In this document: positions 45,280-53,563 of the stretch, in pieces
Layout of the letters: each line of letters opens with the position of its first letter
Position numbering within the stretch: the stretch's first letter is position 1
Origin: a virus
Strand: one strand, 5' to 3'
Virus record (IMG/VR): IMGVR_UViG_3300046747_000117
Length of the DNA: 64,000 nt
The notes under the pieces: model-generated
Seen by the model: the letters and a program-made list of their open reading frames with translations, nothing else
What the model was told of the DNA's origin: nothing
Databases searched by the model: none
Position numbers and translations under genes: made by a program

Positions 45280-46042
45280 CATCGAGGACGCGCTGATCTG
45301 GCGCCTCGATGTGCGCCAGGCCGCGCGTCAGCTCAAACCGCGCGAGCGGGGCATGCTCACCCGCTTCGTCCGGGGGGACACCGCCACTGACATCGCCCGC
45401 GCTGACGGCCTGAGCCGGGAGAGGGTCGGCCAGATCCTCGCCACCGCCGGCCACCGCCTGCGCCACGCCCTGCGCTCGCCGCCGGGCTTCGACCGCCCGG
45501 CCTTCCTGGATCACATGGCCCGCCTGCTCGAGGCCCGACGCATCCAGCGCGAGCAAGAGGCGCAATGGGAAGCCGCCCGCGAGGCGCGCGAACGCGAAGC
45601 CGAACGCTACTCCGAGGAACGCCGGTTCCAGCGCGACCTCGACGCGATGCGCGCCCTGATCGAGCGCGAGGGGCCAGCGAAATGGATCGTGCCCGCGGAG
45701 GCGGAAATCGAGGTCGACGCCATGCTGGCCTTCGCCTCGGCCCTGGCGTCGAAACCGCCCCCCCCCAAGCCCAAGCCGCCCGAGTGGCTGCGCCTGCTCT
45801 ACATCCCCGAATCGGATCGCGCCGACCAACAGAAGCGCAGTCTCGCGCTTCTTCTTGAGCAGGAATTCATCCGCCGCGGCGCCGGCCCGCTCATCCCCAC
45901 CAATCCCGACGCCGCCGAGCAACTCGCCAGTCTCAGTCCCGAAGATCGCGCGATGGCGAAATACAACTGGTACGCGGTCAACCTCGACGCCATGTTCAGT
46001 AAGTTCCCCCCCTACCCGGGCAAGGTCTACTTCGATCCTTGA
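45272..46042 (+). CDS. Sigma70 region-4 HTH plus coiled-coil regulator
   Basis: GTG 45272. LKPRERGML......TATDIARADGLSRERVGQI...A..RLR. Confidence 0.7.
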   Translation: MSDIEDALIWRLDVRQAARQLKPRERGMLTRFVRGDTATDIARADGLSRERVGQILATAGHRLRHALRSPPGFDRPAFLDHMARLLEARRIQREQEAQWEAAREAREREAERYSEERRFQRDLDAMRALIEREGPAKWIVPAEAEIEVDAMLAFASALASKPPPPKPKPPEWLRLLYIPESDRADQQKRSLALLLEQEFIRRGAGPLIPTNPDAAEQLASLSPEDRAMAKYNWYAVNLDAMFSKFPPYPGKVYFDP

Positions 46043-46074
46043 CATCCCGTTGATGTCGCGCGAAATCCCAAGCC

Positions 46075-46617
46075 GTGGGACTACCAAAACCACAGGGATC
46101 GGTTCCCAATCGGGACACCGGGGCCTGCGGTAGCCATTCAAAATCCATACAATGGCTCTGCATATGGACCCGACCAAATCAAGAGCAAATCGCTCGCGAA
46201 CAACTGGAAAACCAAGGTTTTCCGGTGTTCCTGCCCATGCTTGAGCGCCGCCTGCCAAAGAACCAGGCTCGTATCGAGCCATTGTTCGCGCGTTATTGTT
46301 TCAGCCGCCCCGTCGAGGGACGATGGGCGCCGATGCGTTCCACCCGCGGCGTGGCCGATGTCCTGCGCGATCCCGCCGGTCAGCCCTACTGGCTTTCCCA
46401 AAACACCATTGACGACCTCATGGCACGCCTCGCCGTCGAGCCTGTCCGTCTCCCGTCCTACGCCCCCGGCACCCGCCTCCGCGTCCTGGATGGCCCGCTG
46501 GCCACCTTCACGGGCACCGTGGTAGCTGACGCCGGAGAACGCGTCCGCCTCCTCCACAGCCTGTTCGGACGCGCCACCGAGAAGTGGTACCAGCCAGAAG
46601 ACGTGGAAGCAGCGTGA
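46075..46617 (+). CDS. NusG/RfaH-like transcription antiterminator
   Basis: NGN domain (WLCIWTRPNQE..A...L..QG...FLP...PLF.RY.F...STRGV..VL) and KOW (GTRLRVLDGPLATFTG.V). Start uncertain. Confidence 0.85.
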   Translation: MGLPKPQGSVPNRDTGACGSHSKSIQWLCIWTRPNQEQIAREQLENQGFPVFLPMLERRLPKNQARIEPLFARYCFSRPVEGRWAPMRSTRGVADVLRDPAGQPYWLSQNTIDDLMARLAVEPVRLPSYAPGTRLRVLDGPLATFTGTVVADAGERVRLLHSLFGRATEKWYQPEDVEAA

Positions 46618-46618
46618 A

Positions 46619-46804
46619 ATGATCGGACGCTGCCAATACTGCGAATACTTCATGGACAGAGACCCCGACCCCTGTGAATGCCACCGCCATCCGCCGGTCA
46701 TTCTGCCCGGCCCGGTCTCCGCGTGGCCCAACTGCGAGCCAGACGACTTCTGCGGCGAATACGCCCAGACCGCCAATATGACTGAACGCATCAGAGGAGC
46801 CTGA
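46619..46804 (+). CDS. Small Cys-rich phage protein
   Basis: CQYCEYF...CHRHPP...WP..EPDDFCGEY. Confidence 0.65.
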   Translation: MIGRCQYCEYFMDRDPDPCECHRHPPVILPGPVSAWPNCEPDDFCGEYAQTANMTERIRGA

Positions 46805-46807
46805 CAC

Positions 46808-47254
46808 ATGGCCCTACCCCCGGCACCACCCGGCGGACCCCCAGGCGGCGGCATGCCACCGGGCATGGGAGCAACCGACCCAAGCGCGGGCGGCGCCCCA
46901 CCACCCGATGATGACGCCGGGAGCCCGGAGGACAACGTCATCCTGACCATCGCCCGCGACCCCGAGGGCGGTGGATACCTCGTCTACTCCGGCGACGAAC
47001 CCGAGGACGGCGGCGAGGACATGTCCGCCGATGACGCCGATGCCATGGGACCAGCGGGCGGCGCGCCATCCAACCAACCCCAGACCGCGGGCAGCGTCGG
47101 CGAGGCCCTCAAGATCGCCATGAACATTCTCCAGCAAGACGAACAATCCGGCGGCGGCGGCGCCGAGGCAGCCTTCGCATCCGGGTTTGGTGGCCCTCAA
47201 GGAGCCACGCCAGCGGGCAACGGCGGCAGCCCGGCGGCACAGAAGTTCGCCTGA
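46808..47254 (+). CDS. Acidic Gly/Pro-rich protein
   Basis: 148 aa, RBS GAGGAG. Confidence 0.65.
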   Translation: MALPPAPPGGPPGGGMPPGMGATDPSAGGAPPPDDDAGSPEDNVILTIARDPEGGGYLVYSGDEPEDGGEDMSADDADAMGPAGGAPSNQPQTAGSVGEALKIAMNILQQDEQSGGGGAEAAFASGFGGPQGATPAGNGGSPAAQKFA

Positions 47255-47403
47255 TGATGGGCGGCTCGCCACCACCCAGGATCGGGAAAACCACGGGGAA
47301 GCCCATGCCGAAGGCCGATAAGCCCGGCAAGCTGCCAGCACGTAAGAAACCCAAAGCGAAACCACGCGTTGCACCCGGACTGATCAACTCAACGGAGTAC
47401 TGA
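47254..47403 (+). CDS. 49-aa Lys/Pro-rich basic peptide ending in PGLINSTEY
   Basis: Translated by hand, TGATG coupling. Confidence 0.45.
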   Translation: MMGGSPPPRIGKTTGKPMPKADKPGKLPARKKPKAKPRVAPGLINSTEY

Positions 47404-47404
47404 C

Positions 47405-47572
47405 ATGTCTAAGGTCGAACAAATCGCCACCATCCTCGGCAACGCGAGATCAGCCGGCGGCATGACAGACGAACAAATCGCCGCCAATATCGTCGCCGAA
47501 CTGAAACTCGTGGACGACGCACCCAAACACGCCGAACCCGCGCACAACACCAAGGCGGATAATAAAAAGTGA
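47405..47572 (+). CDS. 55-aa hypothetical protein
   Basis: Translated by hand: MSKVEQIATILGNA..., RBS CGGAG. Confidence 0.55.
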   Translation: MSKVEQIATILGNARSAGGMTDEQIAANIVAELKLVDDAPKHAEPAHNTKADNKK

Positions 47573-47745
47573 GCCAAACCCTACTCCAACGCATTACCCA
47601 CCTGATCGAGCAACAGCGCATCCAGGGCGGCTGGGACGATGAACTCGTCGCCGCCAAGATCCTCGACCTCGTCAGGCGCGACGAACAAGCCGACAAGGTC
47701 ACCCTGATCGAGGGCGACCCTCCCGAAACCGTGCAGGCGGTGTGA
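47569..47745 (+). CDS. 58-aa hypothetical protein
   Basis: Translated by hand: (M)SQTLLQRITHLIEQ..., GTGA coupling. Confidence 0.5.
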   Translation: MSQTLLQRITHLIEQQRIQGGWDDELVAAKILDLVRRDEQADKVTLIEGDPPETVQAV

Positions 47746-47748
47746 AAC

Positions 47749-48141
47749 TTGGGGCGACCATCAAAATTCACCGAGGAACTGGCGAATGAGATTTGCCGCT
47801 TGCTGATCGAGGGCAAAAGCCTGCGCGATATCTGCTCCGACAAGGCGTTTCCCGATCGCCTAACGGTTATACGATGGAAGAACGAAAACGAATCGTTTCG
47901 TAGCCAGTATGTGCGCGCGAGAGACGATCAAGGCGACACTTATGCTGATTTAAGCTTGCACTCCGCGACGACGATTGAAGACGCCGCGAAGGCTCGTCTC
48001 GCTTATGACGCTTACAGATGGTACGCGGGTAAACTTAAGCCCGGCACCTACGGCGACAAGGTTCAACACGCCAACGCGGCGGGTGATGGAGACGTGACGA
48101 TACAGGTCGTGAAGTTTAGTTCCAAGAGCAAAACGGAGTGA
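47749..48141 (+). CDS. terS: Terminase small subunit (SF6-like)
   Basis: GRPSKFTEELANEIC..L..GKSLR.IC.....PD..TV.RW...F..QY.RAR...W...KL.P..YGDK. Confidence 0.9.
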   Translation: MGRPSKFTEELANEICRLLIEGKSLRDICSDKAFPDRLTVIRWKNENESFRSQYVRARDDQGDTYADLSLHSATTIEDAAKARLAYDAYRWYAGKLKPGTYGDKVQHANAAGDGDVTIQVVKFSSKSKTE

Positions 48142-48362
48142 CCATGCTGCACGCTTCGACGTTCGAATACCTGAAGCCGACAGACGACCAAATGGACCAC
48201 ATGGCCTATGTGCGGGCGGCTTTTGCTGAGTTCACGTCGCATATCGGCGTCCATATCCCAGAGGGTCCAGACAAGACCTACCTGATGCGACAGCTACGCG
48301 ACTGCGCGATGTGGGCCAACATCGCGATCACGCGCAATCCGGACGGGTCACCACGAACGTAA
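48138..48362 (+). CDS. Acb2/Tad1-like hairpin-domain protein (candidate immune-signal sponge)
   Basis: TFEYLKPTDDQM...VRAAFAEF...IPEGPDKT.LMRQLRDCAMWANIAITR. Confidence 0.6.
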   Translation: MTMLHASTFEYLKPTDDQMDHMAYVRAAFAEFTSHIGVHIPEGPDKTYLMRQLRDCAMWANIAITRNPDGSPRT

Positions 48363-49654
48363 CGATCCCTAACGGTTGGGTACCCAACGACTATCAAATG
48401 CCGCTCTGGGACCACCTGGAGGGCGGCGGCAAACGCGCCGTCGCCGTGTGGCACCGACGCGCGGGCAAGGACTCCGTCGCTCTCAACTGGACCGCCGCCG
48501 CCGCGCACCAGCGCAAGGGCACCTATTGGCACATGCTGCCAACCCAGGCGCAGGCGCGCAAAACGGTGTGGGACGGCATCGATCGCGCGGGCCGCAGGAT
48601 GATCGACCAGGCGTTCCCGCCCTCGATCCGGATCAATCATCGCAAAGACGAAATGAAGATCGAACTGAAGTGCGGTTCGGTCTGGCAGCTCGTGGGCAGT
48701 GACAACTACAACGCGCTGATCGGCGCCAACCCGGTCGGCGTGGTGTTCAGCGAATACTCGGTCGCCGACCCCGCCGCCTGGGACTACATCCGACCGATCC
48801 TCGCCGAAAACGGCGGGTGGGCGGTGTTCATCTACACCGCGCGCGGTCGCAACCATGGCGCGCTGCTTTACGAAATGGCGAAGGGCAACCCCTCGTGGTT
48901 CGCCCAGCTACTGACGGTCGATGACACCCGGGTGATCGGCCCCGATGTCATCGATGAGGAGCGCGCCGCCGGCATGTCGGAGGACATGATCCAGCAAGAG
49001 TTTTATTGCAGCTTCAGCGCCGCCCTGGTGGGCGCCTACTACGGTCGACAGATGTCCGACGCCGAGAAGGAAGGCCGCATTGGCAACGTCCCTTACGAGC
49101 CGAACCTTCGCGTCGAGACATGGTGGGATCTGGGTGTCGGCGACAGCACGGCCATTTGGTTCGTGCAACGATATCAGCGCGAGATCCGCGTGATCGACTA
49201 TTACGAGATGAGCGGCGAGGGACTGTCGCATTACGCCAAGGTTCTGCAAGCGAAACCATACGTTTACAGCCGTCACATCGCGCCGCACGACATCGAGGTG
49301 CGCGAATTCGGCACCGGCAAGACGCGCCGCGAGACCGCCGCGGGTCTCGGCATCCGGTTCATCCTGGCGCCCAACATCGGCATCGAGGACGGCATCGACG
49401 CGGTGCGCGCCATGCTGCCTCGATGCATGTTCGACATAAAGAAATGCGAACGCCTGATTGAGGCTTTACGGCAATACCGCAAGGCGTGGGACGACAAGAA
49501 CAGGCGCTTTCAGGACCACCCGCACCATGACTGGGCCTCACACGCCGCCGACGCGGGTCGTTACGGCGCCGTGACGCGCGACCCGGCCACCGAGACGCGA
49601 CCGCGCGTGCCGGTGTTCGAAACGCATGACGCGGGCATGGGGATGCTGGGATGA
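48311..49654 (+). CDS. terL: Terminase large subunit
   Basis: WVPNDYQ, VAVWHRRAGKD (Walker A), VVFSEYS (Walker B), WDLGVGDSTAIW and HDWASHAADA (RNase H-like nuclease). Confidence 0.95.
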   Translation: MGQHRDHAQSGRVTTNVTIPNGWVPNDYQMPLWDHLEGGGKRAVAVWHRRAGKDSVALNWTAAAAHQRKGTYWHMLPTQAQARKTVWDGIDRAGRRMIDQAFPPSIRINHRKDEMKIELKCGSVWQLVGSDNYNALIGANPVGVVFSEYSVADPAAWDYIRPILAENGGWAVFIYTARGRNHGALLYEMAKGNPSWFAQLLTVDDTRVIGPDVIDEERAAGMSEDMIQQEFYCSFSAALVGAYYGRQMSDAEKEGRIGNVPYEPNLRVETWWDLGVGDSTAIWFVQRYQREIRVIDYYEMSGEGLSHYAKVLQAKPYVYSRHIAPHDIEVREFGTGKTRRETAAGLGIRFILAPNIGIEDGIDAVRAMLPRCMFDIKKCERLIEALRQYRKAWDDKNRRFQDHPHHDWASHAADAGRYGAVTRDPATETRPRVPVFETHDAGMGMLG

Positions 49655-49842
49655 TCTCATTGCTGGTCTGGCTGCTGGTCCTGTGCCTGATCCTGGGCCT
49701 GATTATCTGGGTCATTCAGATGATTCCGTTACCGCAACCGTTCGGCACTATCGCCATCGCGATCGTCGCGGTGATCTTCATTCTGATCCTGGTGTCCTTC
49801 CTTCTCGGTGAAGTACCGTTGCCGCGAGGGGGCCTGCGCTGA
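49651..49842 (+). CDS. Two-TM small membrane protein (Thivi_2564-like)
   Basis: LLVWLLVLCLILGLIIWVIQMIPLPQPF..IA..IV.VIFILILV. Confidence 0.7.
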   Translation: MISLLVWLLVLCLILGLIIWVIQMIPLPQPFGTIAIAIVAVIFILILVSFLLGEVPLPRGGLR

Positions 49843-50624
49843 TGTCAGGTCCGGTCTACGCCTATCACACCACGCCAATCGATGTGACGGCGGAACGGAT
49901 CGCCGCGCCCACGCCGGGCATGCTGGCGGATGTCAACGCCGTCTACCGGCTTGAGGTCGCCCCGTTCACGCGCTACCACAGCGACGGCGCCGCGCTTGTG
50001 ATGATGAGCGATAGCGGGGGCGCCGCGCCCCCCGGCGAAGCCGCGCTGCCGCTGTCCGGTGGCGCGATGACCGGGCCGCTCTATCTCAATGCCGATCCCG
50101 TGGACGCGCCGGATGATTCATCCGACCTGTTGGCCACGACCCGGCATTATGTCGATGCCGGCAATAACCTGAAGCAAAACACCTGGGGTGTCTCGGACGG
50201 TTCCGACGCGGCGGTGGGCGATGTGGGCGAGTACCTCGTGTCCGCCAACGCCGAGGGGGTCACGTTGCCTAACAACACCCCGGCCGCGGTTTGCTCGCTC
50301 GATCTTACCCCGGGTGACTGGGAGATCTGGGGGACGGTGGATTTCCGTCCCGCCGCGGGCGTCAGCCCGAACGCCATCGCCGCCGCGATCAGTACCCGCC
50401 CTGATGCGTTGCCCTCGGATGAAGACCTGATGACCGGTGTCGGCGTGCTGAACATGTTCGCCACGCCATCTCTCACCTCTGGCCAGCGTCAGGTGCTGAT
50501 GACCGGGACGTGCCGGTCTAACTCCGCTGCCGCGCTGACCCTGTATCTGGTCGGCCAGACGACGCTGGGCGGCACCGGCACGCTCATCGGCAAGGGTTAT
50601 CTCTGCGCGAGGCGCGTGCGCTAA
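49842..50624 (+). CDS. Fibre-related virion protein
   Basis: ALPLSGGAMTGPL...DP...ATTRHYVD module, then GSDAAVGDVGEY. Confidence 0.65.
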   Translation: MSGPVYAYHTTPIDVTAERIAAPTPGMLADVNAVYRLEVAPFTRYHSDGAALVMMSDSGGAAPPGEAALPLSGGAMTGPLYLNADPVDAPDDSSDLLATTRHYVDAGNNLKQNTWGVSDGSDAAVGDVGEYLVSANAEGVTLPNNTPAAVCSLDLTPGDWEIWGTVDFRPAAGVSPNAIAAAISTRPDALPSDEDLMTGVGVLNMFATPSLTSGQRQVLMTGTCRSNSAAALTLYLVGQTTLGGTGTLIGKGYLCARRVR

Positions 50625-53381
50625 GTGAGCGACGTTCTCGACGCTCTCCCGCGCGCCGTCGCGGATCTGATCGCGCCGCACCTCGGCGGCGAGGAGGACA
50701 GCCCGACGCTGGCCGCGATCGGCGTGGAGATCGGCGCCAAGCGCGACGAAGCCAAAATGGCGCGCAAGATGTCGGGCATCGAGGACGCGTGGCGCGCCGC
50801 TGACGAAGCCTACGAGGGCATAGACGACGCGAACCGTGGCGAGGTGGGCGACGGTGGACGCTGGGCCAAGCCGATGAGCGTGGATGGCCCGCTGATGACG
50901 GAGCGCAGGAACAGGAACCCAGACCACCGATCGACCGCGTTCCTGCGGCTCACCTCGCGCTATGTGGACGCGGGCGCGGCGAAGCTGGGCGAGATCCTGC
51001 TGCCCGCCGACGACAAGGCGTTCTCGTTCCGGGCGATGCCGGTGCCGCGCCTGATCAAGGCCAAGGAGGACACCAGCCAGGTCGTCCACGGCGACATGGG
51101 CGTGCCGCTGACGCGCCCGGCGCAGCCCGGCGAGACCGGCGCGCCCGCTGCCCCACCCGGCGCACCACCAGCCGGTGGCGACCCCATGGCGGCAGCCGCC
51201 GCGGCGTTGCAGGCTGGCGGGCAACCCGCCCCAGGCGCCACGCCAGGCGCACCGCCACCGCCAGCGGGCCAACCCGGGCAGGCGCTGACACCGCCGGGCA
51301 CGCCGCTCGCCCCGGCCTCGCCCACGCCGCCAGGGCACGTCCCGCTGACGGTCAAGGACCTCGCCGTCGAAAACATTCAGATGGCGGACGAGAAGGCCAA
51401 AGCGGCTGAGACAAGGATCTATAACTGGCTGCTGTCGTGTCAGTATCGCGGCGAGATCCGCAAGGTGATTTTCGACGCCGCGCGCATTGGCGTGGGCGTC
51501 CTGAAGGGTCCGACGCCGCGCACCAAACGCGTGATGGCGTTGACGAAGCAACGCCACGGCGAGGACCTTAAGGTCATCATCAAGGACACCATCCAGCCGG
51601 CGGCGGTGTGGGTGGACCCGTGGAACATTTTCCCCGACCCCGCGTGCGGTGAGAACATCCACGACGGCAGCTACATCTTTGAGCGCGACCACATGTCGGC
51701 GCGGCAAATCCGCAAGCTTAAGAGCCTGCCCGGTTATATCGGGGACGCGATCGATCAGGTGCTGGATGAGGGACCGAACAAGGCCTACCGGTCGGAGACC
51801 GATCGCGGTCCCGGGTCGAAGCGCGACAAGGATCGTTTCGAAATCTGGTATTTCCAGGGCACGCTGACCAAGGAGGAGATGCGCGCGATCGACATGGCCT
51901 CGGGCCGCGATCCTTACACCGACGAAGATGCCGAGAACGACAAGCGCGACGAGGTGTTCGTGATCGTGACGTTGATCAACGACACGGTCATCCGCGCCAC
52001 GATCAATCCGCTCGACAGCGGCTCGTTCCCGTATAACTCCATGCCGTGGCAGCGGCGCGCCGAAAGCTGGGCCGGCGTCGGCGTGGCGGAACAGATGCGG
52101 ACGCCGCAACGCATGGTCAACGCCGCCGTTCGGGCGTTGCTCAACAACGCGGGCAAGAGCGCGGGCAGCCAGTTGGTCATCGACCAGAGCGCGATCATAC
52201 CGGCGGACGGCCTGTGGACGATCACCCCCGATAAGATCTGGTTCAAGACCAACGACGGGCCGCAGGACGTGCGGCAGGCGATGATGGCGATCGCGATTCC
52301 CAACGTCACCGAGCAACTCATGTCGATTATCACCCTGGCGGAACGGTTCGCCGAGGAAACGACATCGATCCCGCTGATCACGCAGGGGCAGTCCGGGTCG
52401 ACCACGCCAGACACGTTCGGCGCGACGCAATTGCAGAACAACAACGCGAACCAGCTTCTCCGTTCAATTGGCTACAGTTTTGACGACTTCATCACCGAGC
52501 CTCTGATACGCCAGTTTTACGAGTGGCTGTTGCTCGATCCTGATGTCCCCAACGAGGAAAAGGGCGAATTCGAGGTCGACGCGCACGGCTCCGTCGCGCT
52601 GGTCGAGCGCGCCATTCAGGACCAGAGCATCGCGCAGATGGGCAACATGGCGGCGAACCCAATTTACGGTATCGATCCGAAAAAATGGGCCGCGCTGTTC
52701 CTGAAATCCAAGCGCCTCGATCCCACCGACATGCAATACACCGAGGAAGAGCAAGAGAAGATGGCCGCGGCGCCGCCGCCCGAGCCGCCCCCGGTCACCG
52801 TCGCGCGCATCAACGCCGACACGCAGATCAAGCTTGGCGTGATGAAGCAAACCGCCGATCAGCAGACGCAGCAGGCCGAACAGCGCGTGGCCGACGCCGC
52901 CAACACGCTGGAGGGGCAGAAGCTGCACGTCCAGGCCACCGTCGATTTGCACGAAATGGAACAGAAACGCCAACTGGCCATGCTGGACTACGCCAACCGC
53001 CACCAGATCAGCCTCGACCAGACCAAGGCGGAACTCGCGCAGACCGCGATGAAGCTACAGGTCGAACAGCAACTGAACGCGATCAACAACGCGATCCACA
53101 CGCGCGACACGCACGCGGCGCATGTGGTCGATGTCCACAAGCACGCGGTCGACACCGCCGAGGCAGCGCGCCAGCACGCCGTGGACACCGATCACGCGGC
53201 GGTCACGCACGCGCTCGACTCGGCGCACGCGGCCCGGCAGGCGGACCAGCAGACGGCGGAACAGCGGCGCCAGCACACCATCGACACCGGATCGGACCTG
53301 TTCAAGCACCAGAACCCGCCAGCCGTTCAGGTCCCCGGCAAAGCGGCGAACGGTCAGGCGGCATCACAGGTGAACCCATGA
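50625..53381 (+). CDS. Portal (head-tail connector) protein
   Basis: Follows terL. WVDPWNIFPDP, GVGVAEQMRTPQ..VNAAVRALLNNA, long C-terminal coiled coil. Confidence 0.85.
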   Translation: MSDVLDALPRAVADLIAPHLGGEEDSPTLAAIGVEIGAKRDEAKMARKMSGIEDAWRAADEAYEGIDDANRGEVGDGGRWAKPMSVDGPLMTERRNRNPDHRSTAFLRLTSRYVDAGAAKLGEILLPADDKAFSFRAMPVPRLIKAKEDTSQVVHGDMGVPLTRPAQPGETGAPAAPPGAPPAGGDPMAAAAAALQAGGQPAPGATPGAPPPPAGQPGQALTPPGTPLAPASPTPPGHVPLTVKDLAVENIQMADEKAKAAETRIYNWLLSCQYRGEIRKVIFDAARIGVGVLKGPTPRTKRVMALTKQRHGEDLKVIIKDTIQPAAVWVDPWNIFPDPACGENIHDGSYIFERDHMSARQIRKLKSLPGYIGDAIDQVLDEGPNKAYRSETDRGPGSKRDKDRFEIWYFQGTLTKEEMRAIDMASGRDPYTDEDAENDKRDEVFVIVTLINDTVIRATINPLDSGSFPYNSMPWQRRAESWAGVGVAEQMRTPQRMVNAAVRALLNNAGKSAGSQLVIDQSAIIPADGLWTITPDKIWFKTNDGPQDVRQAMMAIAIPNVTEQLMSIITLAERFAEETTSIPLITQGQSGSTTPDTFGATQLQNNNANQLLRSIGYSFDDFITEPLIRQFYEWLLLDPDVPNEEKGEFEVDAHGSVALVERAIQDQSIAQMGNMAANPIYGIDPKKWAALFLKSKRLDPTDMQYTEEEQEKMAAAPPPEPPPVTVARINADTQIKLGVMKQTADQQTQQAEQRVADAANTLEGQKLHVQATVDLHEMEQKRQLAMLDYANRHQISLDQTKAELAQTAMKLQVEQQLNAINNAIHTRDTHAAHVVDVHKHAVDTAEAARQHAVDTDHAAVTHALDSAHAARQADQQTAEQRRQHTIDTGSDLFKHQNPPAVQVPGKAANGQAASQVNP

Positions 53382-53563
53382 TCGACTGGTATCAGCACGC
53401 GCTTGAGGTCGGCCTTCAGATGGTCGACATGGAGCGCGAGAACGCGTTGCTTAAGCGCGAGGTGGATATGCTGCGGCGGCTGTTGGTGGAGCGCGCCCAG
53501 ATCCCGGCGCCGGTCAACCCGTTCCGCGCGTTCCCCGTCGAGCGGCGGCGCGTGGGTGGGTAG
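53378..53563 (+). CDS. 61-aa coiled-coil protein
   Basis: ATGA coupling to the portal. MIDWYQHALEVG... Confidence 0.55.
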   Translation: MIDWYQHALEVGLQMVDMERENALLKREVDMLRRLLVERAQIPAPVNPFRAFPVERRRVGG

